Shown here piece by piece: positions 52,442-64,000 of a stretch of DNA of 64,000 nt. The translations under genes and the position numbers were made by a program. The stretch lies in assembly GCF_001194135.2 (NCBI RefSeq), contig NC_068983.1, positions 99,117,683 through 99,181,682 on the forward strand, in the 5' to 3' direction. Positions within the stretch are counted from its first letter, which is position 1, and every line of letters begins with the position of its first letter. Under the pieces are notes generated by a model, which ran no database searches, had not been told where the DNA came from, and saw only the letters and a list, made by a program, of their open reading frames with translations. The stretch is from Octopus bimaculoides. Its lineage: Eukaryota.

Positions 52442-55400
52442 ATATATATCATAGGTGTGCAGCGCTATAATATATATAATGCTTCTTTTAAAAATTACTG
52501 AAACAAAATTGAAACTATATTACTTATTTTTCATAAGATCGTTCTTCTAATGTTCTGTAAAATTAATATAAACTACATGACATCATAGTCTTCAGACTTT
52601 TATTATCGGAATTAGCATGAAACAAGCAATGGAAGATGACACAAAAAAATCTGTGCAAGGGAAGCAACATGTGCCCTTGCATCCTTTTCAGTCTAATATT
52701 TTAACCTCTCCCCCCCCCCCCCAATAAAAATGCCACAAAGACATTTTTTTTTCTAGTAAGAGCTGATAATGAACAGTTTTAGATGTTAATAAATACTTAT
52801 ATGCCTAAAGTTTCTGTCAATTCGCAATACTCATGATATTTATAATCTTACATTGCTATGTAACACATAAGAAGGGAAGCAAGTTGACATTCTGCCTCCC
52901 TCAGAAAAATGGTGAAAAGATAACATGATTATAGTTTTCTGCATTTATTCAACTAATATTTTATACTTTTTCAAATTACAGAACACCCTTAATATAAAAT
53001 GTGATTTTCTTATTTTAAAAATAGTTGTGTAATATGAACATGTCAATTTGATTCAAATATCTATGTGACAGAAAATTTTGGTCATTGCTTCCCCGCCCAA
53101 AAAGATCACCACACGCCTCTGATATATATATATACATATACACACACACACACATATATATATATATACACACATATATATATGTATATAAACACACACA
53201 CATATATATATACAGACACACACACACACACATATATATGTATATAAACACACACACACACACACACATATATGTATATAAACACACACACACACATATA
53301 TATGAACTTGTTTCTGCTGGAAATTTGTCTGATCAACTTAATGTCAATACTAATTGTGAATCATTCAAGTAAACAATAAAACAATTTGCATGTTGAAAGG
53401 GGCTACTAATAGAGTTGGCATCAAAAAGATCATCAAGTCATAAAATATTGCTTTAAACAGGGAGAAGGGGTGGATATGATACAAGACAGAGACTATTATG
53501 GTATCTGCATAACTAACTCATGGTTTAGTGTGGAAAATTTGACATAAAACATTCATTGTTAAGTTCTGATTTTATTTTTTAAAGACATTTTCAGTCGTGT
53601 TCTGTTGTTTTGTTTTATCATGTTTCAATGGAGTCAACTGCTTTCCATCCAAGGTCAATAAAAAAAATATCAATAATATATTAAGGCTGGTCTAACAACT
53701 ATTACACAACAAATGAATATTTAATCACATAACTGAAGAAACCCATCTTGAAACTCAATTTTTTAAAAATGAAATAAGAGAAAATAAATCTATTTGGATT
53801 TATTTTTGTTGGCTGTTAAAAATGTTAAAACCCAAGTGAAGCAAGTTGTTAAATGAGAAACAAATGAAATGCCACAATGTCAAATTGCTGGCCAGTACAA
53901 AAAATTAAAAAAAAAAAAAACTAATTTCAAAATTAGAGATATTTTCTACTGGTGAATATTTCCTGAGAATTAATGCTAAATGTCTAATATGTTACAATAA
54001 GTCAACACACTTTACCATTTCAGTCACTCTCCTGTTTTCTTTCTTCCTAATATCCCCCACGCTAATTATTGTCAATGAGTCATTGTGAACTGTTATGCAA
54101 ACACTACATTATTAAATGGTCTAACTGAGTTGTCTACTGTTACTAACTTGAACCGAGAGGGAGAGAGACAGAGAGTAGGAGGAAGGGAGAAGAAAGAGGA
54201 AGTAAGAATAAATAATGAATTGTTTGTGACATTTTACATACAAATCAAGAAGGAAAGCAAGTATATTGCAAACAGATCAAAGGTTATTTTACAATTTCAA
54301 TAATAGCAAAGTAGTAAATTATAAAGGAACCATCAATTTATGCAATGACAAAGAACATCTGAGAAATCTTTGGTCAATTTATAATTCAAAATTATATCGA
54401 CAAAAAACATTATTTCTATATCATAAGTAAGTTCCTTAGTAAAAAGCTCATCAAGACAATAGTTTAAGATTTGCACACTTTAGTCATTGCCACCATAATC
54501 ATCTCCTCCATGCTTGCATGGGTCAGATGAGATTTCTACAACTGATCAGGTATGGGCAACCTTTTTCGAGAAGTGGACTGCATGACACACAGCTCATCAT
54601 TACGCAGGGCACACTAGTAAAATAATCGAAGGTAACTTTTCATTAGGCATGCCATTCAGAAGGTCCCATTGGCCAGAGGTTGTCTATGATTGTTGTCAGT
54701 CATGCCATCAATCATCAGTTGTATCCAAGCACGGTTAATACTTCTACTGCCCTACTGAACTAACAAACAGTGTGGACATGCTTTTGTGGAGAATTGCAAA
54801 TGACACCATTTGTATGAACATTAACTGTTGATAATGAGCGCACAAGACAAGAGGAATACACACTTAGTCATATACATACACACACATCATTGTTTAATGT
54901 CTGTGTTCCATGCTGGCATGGGCTGGACGGTTTGACATGGAGTTGGTTAGCAAGAAACTGTCCAGATTCCAATTGTCTGTTGTGATAAAGTTTCTACAGC
55001 TGGATGCCCTTCCTAACGTCAACCACCTAACAGGGTGTGCTGGGTGCTTTTTACATGCCACCAGCATGGATACATTTATGCAACACCAGCATGAGTGCAT
55101 TAATGTAGCACCGACACGGGTGCTTTTTAAGTGGCACAGGCACCCTGTTTCTATCTACCAGATTTCACTCAAAAGGTATTAGTTAACCCAGAGATACAAC
55201 AGACAACACCAGCCAACTGTGTCCACATACTGGGAGTGAACACCAAACCATGTTGTTCCAAAGCAAACTTCTTAACCATCCACCCAGCCATACCTACACC
55301 TATGTCTTCTAAATATGGAAACGAAAACTTTCAGCATTTACATCTACACTCTGATTTAATTACCAATCATGATCAGGCATGTTATTTGTTGATGTAGGTA

Positions 55401-55555
55401 CAGGTGTGGCTATGTGGTTAAGAAGTTTGCTTCCCAACCACATGGTTTTAGGTTCAATACCATTGTATGGTATGGTGGAGCAAGTGTCTTCAACTATAAC
55501 CCCAGGCTGATCAAAGCGTTGAGTAGATTTGGTGGGCAGAAAATGAAAGAATCTC

Positions 55556-55591
<36 letters not shown>

Positions 55592-55599
55592 CTGCATTG

Positions 55600-55840
55600 T
55601 AACATCACAGCTCCAATACTGCAGACATATGATTAGAATGTCACAAGAAAGAACTGCAAGACAGATTCCTCAAGTTGCGCCAACCAGCTGGAGACCTAGA
55701 GGCAGACCAAGAATGAGATGGTCAGATAATATCCATAGTCTCAGTTTGTCACACTTGGGAATCCATCCAGAAAGTGTAATGATGACTGCTTCTGATAGGA
55801 CCCAAAGGCACATGTACCTGAGGACTCTCTTCTCATGACC
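55600..55840 (+). mobile_element. RTE LINE 3'-end fragment
   Basis: ORF 55560..55838 contains ERTARQI...WRPRGRPRMRWSDNI. Confidence 0.7.
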
Positions 55841-57514
55841 CTCCCAGGAATAATGGGTACAGAAAATGAATGGATATGTGTGTGAATGTTTGTCTCCTTG
55901 CTTTGACATTGTGGGATTGCAGTAAATTAATGTTATTCACTCCCCATATTCTGTGAAAACGTCTAGCCATGGGGAAATATTACCACACTTGGAAATAGGT
56001 CAGGATTGGCGACAGAAAGGGCATCTGGCTGTAGAAAATTTGCCTCAATAAACTCCATCTGACTCATGTGAACATCATAAACAATGGCGGTACATAGCAA
56101 CAAGCGGAATTCAAACTTTATTTCCAATCTAAGAATAGTAATGTTCTTATATATTAGGCCTCTTTTACTTCCTATCCTTCTCAATTCACACTTATAAATA
56201 CTTTAAGAAAAACAAAAAGCTCATTTCTGAAGTTGAGGTTAATAGTCTGAAAAAGTTGTTTTCTGTATCTGTGTTTCCCATCCTATTTTCAGTTTTAATC
56301 AGAATATTATCTGATTGGTTCTAAGTATATCATATTCCCAGAGCTAACTTCGCAAGAGAAATAAGTTTATAGGTAAAGATATGGAATTTGAAACACCAGA
56401 TCAACTGAAATGGGACAGAGTTTAATAAAGTGGAAAAATCAAATAGCTTTAAATATACATCATTTCAATACATCATCAGAAATATAAATATGCAAAGATA
56501 TTCATGGTTGTATGGTTAAGAAGTTTGCTTCCCAACCGTGTTGTTTCAGGTTGTCTTGCTGCATGATATCTTGGACAAGTGTCTTCTACTATAGTTCCAG
56601 ACCAACCAAAGCCTCACAAGTGGATTTGGTAAGCAGAAACTGAAAGAAGCCTGTCATGTAAATATGTGTGCCTCCTTCTCTGGACATCATGTGATAGTTG
56701 TCACTGTCATATAAGCACTCTCACTTGTTTCCAAAACCATATTCAGCCAAAGGGAAATGTTACCTTGCTTGGGAACAGGTGAGATTTGGCAACATGAAGA
56801 GCATCCAGCCTTAGAAAATCTGCCTCAACAAACTCCATCTAATCCATGAAAGTATGGTAAAGTGAAAATTAAACTATTGACGATGATGAAGCAATATTTC
56901 TCCAGTTTATTACCATCCTATATTGTCACTGGGTTTACAATTTCTCTCATGCTAACAGAAGATTTCATCCGATTTCTTGGAATATTTGCAATGATAATGG
57001 ATGTAAAATAGCAAAAATAATCACACACACAGAACTGTCTTCATCCACAGTGGAAAACATGTATCAAACAAACTTTCTCAGCTATTTTAGATGCAAGCTT
57101 CCCTTAACTCAACAAAAAGAATAGCTTGCTCTTTCATCCCTCATCAGCAATCCAGCCTTCTGTCATTCACTCATGTTTTCACTCATATTTCCAGTAACAG
57201 ACTATCTAAATTTGATTAATTTTATAGTTTCTCTACTGTCTATTGATGAAGAAACTAACAAATTCACCATCATACGAGTGTCCTTCTAAATCAATCTGTC
57301 ATGTCTTCTTCCTACACTGATACCAGTATTAGTCACATTTCCTATAATCTCAAAATATTCATCAATACATAATAAATTCCAACATTCATGTAAAATACAG
57401 GTGTGCAATTAAATAACAGTTTATTTAAGCTTACAAACACAAATCTAAAATACTATTAGGTTTAAAAGACTTATACAATTGGCTATAATGAACAAGTGAC
57501 AATAAATAAGTTAC

Positions 57515-57553
57515 CTTAACATTTACAATGCCATCATTCTTCTCTGTTGGGAG
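57515..57553 (-). CDS. RRS1: RRS1 39-nt exon (LPTEKNDGIVNVK)
   Basis: Aligns to RRS1 LPTERVEEAIVAR; ttttAG acceptor, GTaact donor; phase 0-0. Confidence 0.9.
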
Positions 57554-59054
57554 CTAAAAACCAAAAAAAAAAAAAAAAATCAATATCAATATTATGTTTA
57601 AAAGAAAACACGCCTCAAATTATATTTTAATTTAGCAGTAATATACTATTATAATATATTATATAAGAAACAAGTTATTGTTATTTATGGGATGAGAAGG
57701 TTATTAATTAGTTTTCATTATTAGTGTTGAGTAAGCAGACTTATAATGAAAGGCATTCCAGCAGTAAACATTTTGTGTAGTTGAGTGTAATTTCAGGGAG
57801 ATTTAGCTATTTGATGCCAACAGTTTATATAGAAGCTTCCTCATTAGTTTGTATTAATTAAACGAGAGATTCAGTGCTCATGACCTTTTCACACTGTTGA
57901 GATTGATATGACTGATACATTCAAGAAAAAAATTACAGAGAGTTGCACAGAGAATGTTGGGGGGAGGGGGGGTTAAGAATATGAGGGCAAACGTTCAGTA
58001 TATGGTCAAAAATGATGAAACTCAGAGTGGCAAAAGAAAAAAACAATGTATCAGATAGGCCCAGATGAAGGGGGCTATACAACTTCATTGCTCAGAGATG
58101 AAGGGACTGTTGTAGTAAAAGAAGAAAAGAGAAAGAGAGAAAACAGTACTTTTCAATGGTACATTGTAAGTCAAAGCAAATTTAATCACTACTTCAAGCT
58201 GGATGAACAACCACACTGTCCTTCATTAACTTGTTCTATCTTAACTTTTAAAATAAAGCATTGTACATAAGGTATTATATTAGTTATTTTACTGAAATTC
58301 AATGCTCTTTTCTTTTTATTACGCTTTAAATTTATTTTTTATCCTGAACCATTCTTATATGGTAACTTTAAATAGAGTTAGATAAGAGGCTAGATTGGCC
58401 TCTATGACTTTTTGTATGGGATGCATAATGTCAAATATATAAACATAAAATTTTTTATTTTTACTATAATTTTATTTCAATCTTTAGGTCTTACTAATAT
58501 ATATATATATCAGGACATCGAACTGGCAGAATTGCAAGCGCATTGGAGAAAATCTCTAGCAGCATTTCTTGTTTAGGATGCAAGCTAGTAGAGTGATTAG
58601 GATACCAGGGAAAATGTTTAGTGGCATTTCATCCGTCTTTACACTGAGTTCAAATTTCATTGTGGTCAACTTAGCCTTTTGTCTTTTTAGGATCAAATAA
58701 AATAATTACCAGTTGAATACTGGGATTGATGTAATTGACTCACCCACTTCCAAAATTGCTGGCCTTGTGCCAAAATTTGAAACCAATATATATTTATGAT
58801 TGGATTAGAGTAATATATGGTAAGCTCTGTACTACATATGGTGTCTGTAAAAATTATCCTTTTAGTGGTGCAGCCCAATTTATGATGAACATCTCATAAA
58901 GCTTGTTGCTACAATAAGGTTGTCCATGCTTGGCTTAGATCAGTGCTTTTCCAAGTAGGTGGTATCACCACTGGAAGGGCGGGAGGGTTATAGGGGTACT
59001 AGAGAAGAAAGGAGGAGGATGAAAGCATCTGTATATATATATATATATATAACG

Positions 59055-59435
59055 CAGGAGTGGTTGTGTGGTAAGTAGCTTGCTTACCAACCACATGGTT
59101 CCGGGTTCAGCCCCATTGCATGGCACCTTGGGCAAGTGTCTTCTACTATAGCCTCAGGCCAACCACAGCCTTGTGAGTGGATTTGGTAGACGGAAACTGA
59201 AAGAAGCCCGTCATATATATATATATATGTGTGTGTGTGTGCGTGTATGTTTGTGTTTGTCCCCCTAGCATTGCTTGACAACCGATGCTGGTGTGTTTAT
59301 GTCCCCGTCACTTAGCGGTTCGGCAAAAGAGAATAAATACTAGGCTTACAAAGAATAAGTCCCGGGGTCGATTTGCTAGACTAAAGGTGGTGCTCCAGCA
59401 TGGCCGCAGTCAAATGAATGAAAAGAGTAAAAGAG
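59055..59435 (+). mobile_element. SINE family B (tRNA-like head, internal AT/GT microsatellite, conserved 3' half), representative copy
   Basis: Similar copies at ~1765-2140, 34088-34460, 34785-35175 (-), 47950-48365 (-), 48830-49000 (-), 50480-50630 (-), 51295-51520 (-), 55400-55590, 56505-56720. Confidence 0.88.
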
Positions 59436-60220
59436 TATATATATATTATTTTGCTTTTTAGTTTTTGTCTTCTATTTAAATATCAACTTTAAATTACTCT
59501 GGCCCGATATTGTGCTTATGTACATTACAAATGGCAGGAGTTGGGATGCTGAAATCATGTTAGAAGCAAAATAAGGAGCAATAGTTAAAAAAAAGTTTAA
59601 GAACTGGTTCAAATCATGTGTATTGTGAACAGAGGCAACTAATTGTCAGATACACTTAATTCCACCAGCATTTGGACTGTAGCACCACCATCCCAAAATA
59701 TGCAAATGTCTATATTTGCATAATACATCGCATTAACACTAGCATAAAACTATGTAAATAAGGAAAATAAATTCTTAACTGCTTTCAATTGCCTATCAAT
59801 CTTTAGAATTGAATACATTCATGAAAGTTTATATTAGTTTATTCATATTATCTATCTAATCATCCATAAACTGAGGTTTGAATGCTAGTTTTCTAAGCTG
59901 AGAGAAATTGAATACATCCATTTTACTCTCTTACATCTGCTAAGTTTTAATTTTGTCTTGTATTTGGCTAAAATCTAGTTTTTTCTAAGTATATATTAAA
60001 ATACATATTTGGACAGATCAAACCATTTTAAGCCTGTTTTTTTTTTCTTCTTCAGTGGTAGTTATCAGTGTCTTACCACTCAACACAGTCTTTCTTTATC
60101 TGTACATACAGCAATAAGTAAAACCGGCCACCTTTGTTGTATACATCATGTTATCTCAGAGCTGAATTGAGTTCATTTTATTATGCCATTGTCACAAAAA
60201 GGTACATGTGATAAGATTAA

Positions 60221-60437
60221 CCCTTTAGTATTCAGATCTCCCTGTCAAATGTAATGTTTGTTCATTTACATCAATTTTAATTATTCATGCATTACCTTGT
60301 AGCATTGAGATTTCAATATGACTGTTTATTTTTAGAATAATATTGTAGGGTAAGTTTGAGAGGCCAGATCTGGCCAGTTTGAAGAAGAAACAGGTAGATT
60401 ATTTTGACCGGATATGGTCAGTTTAAATGCTAAAGGG
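60221..60437 (+). mobile_element. piggyBac-type MITE (217 bp)
   Basis: CCCTTTAG...CTAAAGGG termini flanked by TTAA on both sides. Confidence 0.9.
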
Positions 60438-60993
60438 TTAAAGACTGTTCTATTTATATTCAGAATTACTTTTCTTCTAAATGGGGTTGCCTGTGCTTAG
60501 GTCTGCAAAGCCAGTGTCTCCATTAATTCCGTTTCTTTCTGACGTGGTTTTTACAACTGAATGCCCTTCATATCATCAACAACTGGGATACATTTTACAG
60601 TGTTCGTGACACAATTGTGTATTTTATTTATTTACCAGATCGAAAAGTTAAACATCACATAAGCATAATAACCCTTTTATCATATTTCTGTTTAAATATT
60701 CTGCCTTTGTCTCAATTAATTTTGAAAATAATGAAAATAACAAAGAATTTAGTAAAATTTATTGTTATTGAATTGCAACTTAAGTCTTGATGGCAGGCTC
60801 TAATTTAGATTCCTTTAAAACACGTTTTGTTACATAGAACCAAGGGCAAGTATCAAAACAGTTAATAATGTAGTTGCAATTATCTGGAGTTAAAAAAATT
60901 GAGAAAAATGTAATAGCTTTGAATATAATAAACATATAAGGTTTATTATAAGGTTTCAATTTTTGAGAAAAAAAATTCAACCATATTATGTAC

Positions 60994-61066
60994 CTGCCAT
61001 AGTTTGTTGATAAGTAGTTGTGTATTGTCTCTTGCCAAATTCAAAAGATAATCATCTTTGTTTTGC
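60994..61066 (-). CDS. RRS1: RRS1 exon, 73 nt (QNKDDYLLNLARDNTQLLINKLWQ)
   Basis: Hallmark ARDNTQLLINxLWQ motif; acceptor ttttattttcAG and donor GTacat; phases 2 to 0 consistent. Confidence 0.95.
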
Positions 61067-61119
61067 CTGAAAATAAAAACATTTTATACATGTATTTGCA
61101 TTCAAATAAGCTTTATCAA

Positions 61120-61300
61120 GCCCAAATATTCCACCAGTTTTATGTTTAATCTGGCCTCTTACACCTACTCTACAATATCATTCTAAAAATATACAAACAC
61201 ATCATCAAAATCTCAGAGCTATTTGATAATGCATGATCAATGCAAAACAATGTGAATAAATAAGCATTACACTTGACAGAGTAATCTCAAAGCTAAAGGG
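61120..61300 (-). mobile_element. piggyBac-type MITE, same family, inverted and partial
   Basis: Reverse complement of the family; ends CTAAAGGG-TTAA. Confidence 0.8.
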
Positions 61301-61528
61301 TTAATAATAGACACAAGATGGCTGTTACATTAAAAAGCTTGCTTTACAACCACTTAACTCTGGTTCAATCTCACTGAGTAACACAAAGGTTAAGTGTGTT
61401 TTACTGCAAGCTCAAGTTGACCAATGCTTTATATGCAAAATTACCTGACTACCCCACATGGATCACAAGACATGACCATACTTATAATCAGTATTAATAC
61501 CCATGATGTTACAAATCAGCCACTTTAA

Positions 61529-61734
61529 CCCTTTAGCATTCAGATTACTCTGTCAAATGTAATACTTATTCACTTATATTGTTTTGAATTCATCATGCAT
61601 TATTTCATAGCCTCAAGATTTTGAAAATGTAATTATTTTTAGAATGGTATTGTAGAGCAGGTGTGAGAGGCCAGATCTGACTGGGTTGAACATAAAGCAG
61701 GTAGAATATTTAGGGTGAATTATATGTTAAAGGA
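61529..61734 (+). mobile_element. piggyBac-type MITE, same family
   Basis: TTAA-CCCTTTAGCATTCAG...AAAGGA-TTAA. Confidence 0.85.
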
Positions 61735-61789
61735 TTAAACAAGGAATGGGCATGGCTCTGTAATTGTGAAATTCACTTCACAACTACAT

Positions 61790-62300
61790 CTTACACAGTA
61801 GCAGAATGTCATTTCCAAATGTTCTTATTAACACACTTAAGCAAAAAGTTATTCCTTCCAAGGCCAGAAAATACTCTAGCTTCCCATCAACTATTAATCC
61901 TTTAAAAAACTCAAGTGAAACACACAACTGGATACTGCTCCTGCATCTGGGATAGAGAAAGGTGGTCAATGGACTGAATAGCAGGACACCACATATATAC
62001 TTCAATCTATGGCCCACCAAATGGGCTGCATCCTTTGTCTTTTCTATTATAAAACAATGGCTTCTGATCTTATGCCCCTTTACACTCAAGCACTCTTGAT
62101 TTGCACATCTTTCCTCTTCTCATAATCCTGTGTCCACCCAACTCCTGACCCCACATAACGACAAGGCCCAGACCTTTCCTTCTGGAATGTTTGCAAGCCC
62201 TCAAGAATTCCTTTCCTACACTTGCCAACTTATACAGTTTCAGGGGAACATTATTAGCATCAACCATACCAGTTGTGAAGGGGCTACAGGTCATAAGCAC
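61790..62300 (-). mobile_element. Degraded RTE LINE 3' fragment
   Basis: KIRSHCFIIEK..RLKYICGVL resembles the RTE C-terminal IR...RLRWYGHV region. Confidence 0.4.
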
Positions 62301-63933
62301 TTCTCCTTCCTCCAGACTAAATTAAAGTGAAAAAAAATCCAGATAATGAAATGAATGGAATTAGTGGCAGATTACATGATGTCATCATACATTAGCAACT
62401 AAATTATATATATATATATATATATATATACCTATCATTATCATCGTTTTAACGTCCACTTTTCCATACTCGCATGGGTCAGATGGGACTGGAGGCGAAT
62501 TTTTTACGGTCAGATGCCTTTCCTATCGCCAATACTCACCTGTTGCCAAGGGAATATTTTCCCATAACCAGACATTATCACAGTATAAAGAAAAGACATA
62601 CATCAAGGCAAAGAGGCTGACACACACNNNNNNNNNNCAACTTATACAGTTTCAGGGGAACATTATTAGCATCAACCATACCAGTTGTGAAGGGGCTACA
62701 GGTCATAAGCACTTCTCCTTCCTCCAGACTAAATTAAAGTGAAAAGAATTTGTGTTTGCCTTAAATAATCGTAAATAATAATTTAATGTAAATTAAATAT
62801 ACTCCATTTTATGAGAAACAAACATTAATGTTTAATAATTAATGTTATAAAGTTTAATAAGGGGCTCAAATTTCACCCCCTCGCCCAATTTTAAATTTTG
62901 AACTTTTTCATCCATTTATTTGTCTGTCTATCTATTTATCCCTGCCCGTTTATTTATAAAATATATTTGTCAACTAAATGTGGCGGTCCTATAGAAGACG
63001 TAGTCCCAGGAAGACAATTTATTCTATCTTTTTAAATAAAAATCTGTTTTTCACTATTATCGCATTTTATTACATCTGAATGAATGAATGAAAACTCGAA
63101 AATTTCAAGTCTTGGAAACTAAATCTCAACTCTTATTGTAATGGTAAATATATTTATATCTGATTATTTGCACGCATAATTTTTCTAATGCTAAAGTTCA
63201 GAGTATGTTTACTTTATTATTGAATACATATTTTGTAATTTATTGCTGAATAAGTCTTATACTGAAACAGTCTTTATACTGTTTAACTGGAATATCTAAC
63301 GTAACCATCAAACTAAATTTTGATAACTATTTTCCTTTCACTTATAATCTATGCTTTTCATTTCAGCATCAGATAGTGGAACATTTTGAATGTGCATTAA
63401 AGATATTACTTTATGGGTTAAATATTAACCGAGACACCATGTACAAAAGACGAATAAACCAATACACGTGAAAAGATTTAAGAACTGAAGGAAATCCAAA
63501 AGCCATCAAATACCTCGTTTCGTGGTGGCAGTTACCTTAGAGAAGCTAAAATCGAAGTATGCTGATATACATCATATATACAAGCAGTAAGCTAAAGTAT
63601 TTAAAGGTTTTATAATCTTTCAGAAATAGAATTTAATAAAATTACGTGTTTAAAACACCTTGATGTCGAGATAAATTAGAAAAATGTGAAATGTAATGAA
63701 CATTTTCTTTTAGATAACTACAAACATGGTGCTTGTAATCAAAAGTATTTAATTATAAATATTTTAAGCAAACTTATTTACAATAGTGAATAAACTTTAC
63801 AGTGAACCTACTTGTAAAAAAATGCTAATGTTTACAGAATATGTTAAGATTTGGACAGAACATGAAATTATAGAATGTATTAGACTTGAAGCCACGTGGT
63901 TAATGTTACAGATAAACATTCACTATAACGAAC

Positions 63934-64000
63934 CTTAATTTTTTCAAATCAAGAGGATTAGGATCTGATGCAAGCAAATTTCCTTGGTCAAAATCAAGTT
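63934..64000 (-). CDS. RRS1: RRS1 coding exon, partial at window edge (..LDFDQGNLLASDPNPLDLKKLR)
   Basis: Manual reverse-strand translation matches the conserved RRS1 N-terminal FDLGNLLAxDxNP motif; GT donor at 63933-63932; ends in phase 2, matching the next exon. Confidence 0.9.

Noticed and set aside
48521-57553. Two equal-length 39-nt phase-0 exons, both starting LP, as mutually exclusive exons
   Set aside because: They align to consecutive, different parts of RRS1, so both are needed.
62225-62745. ~110-bp exact duplication (62225-62335 and 62638-62745) around a 10-N gap; similar cases at ~40178-40290 and ~32940-33190
   Set aside because: Gap-adjacent identical copies indicate contig overlap or two haplotypes placed in tandem, not real duplications. 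The 62.3-62.6 kb segment may be a heterozygous insertion.

Overview
AT-rich, microsatellite-dense metazoan genomic DNA with many N gaps. The SINE/LINE repertoire suggests an octopus (inference). It is not prokaryotic: no CRISPR array, operon, rRNA or intact tRNA was found. One host gene is well supported: RRS1 (ribosome biogenesis regulator) on the minus strand. Ten coding exons were reconstructed by hand (64000 down to the stop at 36891), all introns GT-AG and phase-consistent; the start codon lies beyond the right edge. The left ~35 kb is a transposon graveyard. It holds an R4/Dong-type non-LTR fragment, a decayed hAT transposase, several solo LTRs, MITEs and tRNA-derived SINEs. It also holds a decayed CsRn1-like Ty3/Gypsy element (22756-31951, minus, TSD AATG) that carries two nested LTR insertions. 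Points worth a second look are this element's TG...TA termini with an AAA spacer and a hairpin over the tRNA-Trp PBS (echoed by a second family with a triplicated PBS at ~5 kb), a candidate alternative last exon of RRS1, and inverted piggyBac-type MITE pairs within RRS1 introns. I found no convincing evidence of a wholly new biological system.
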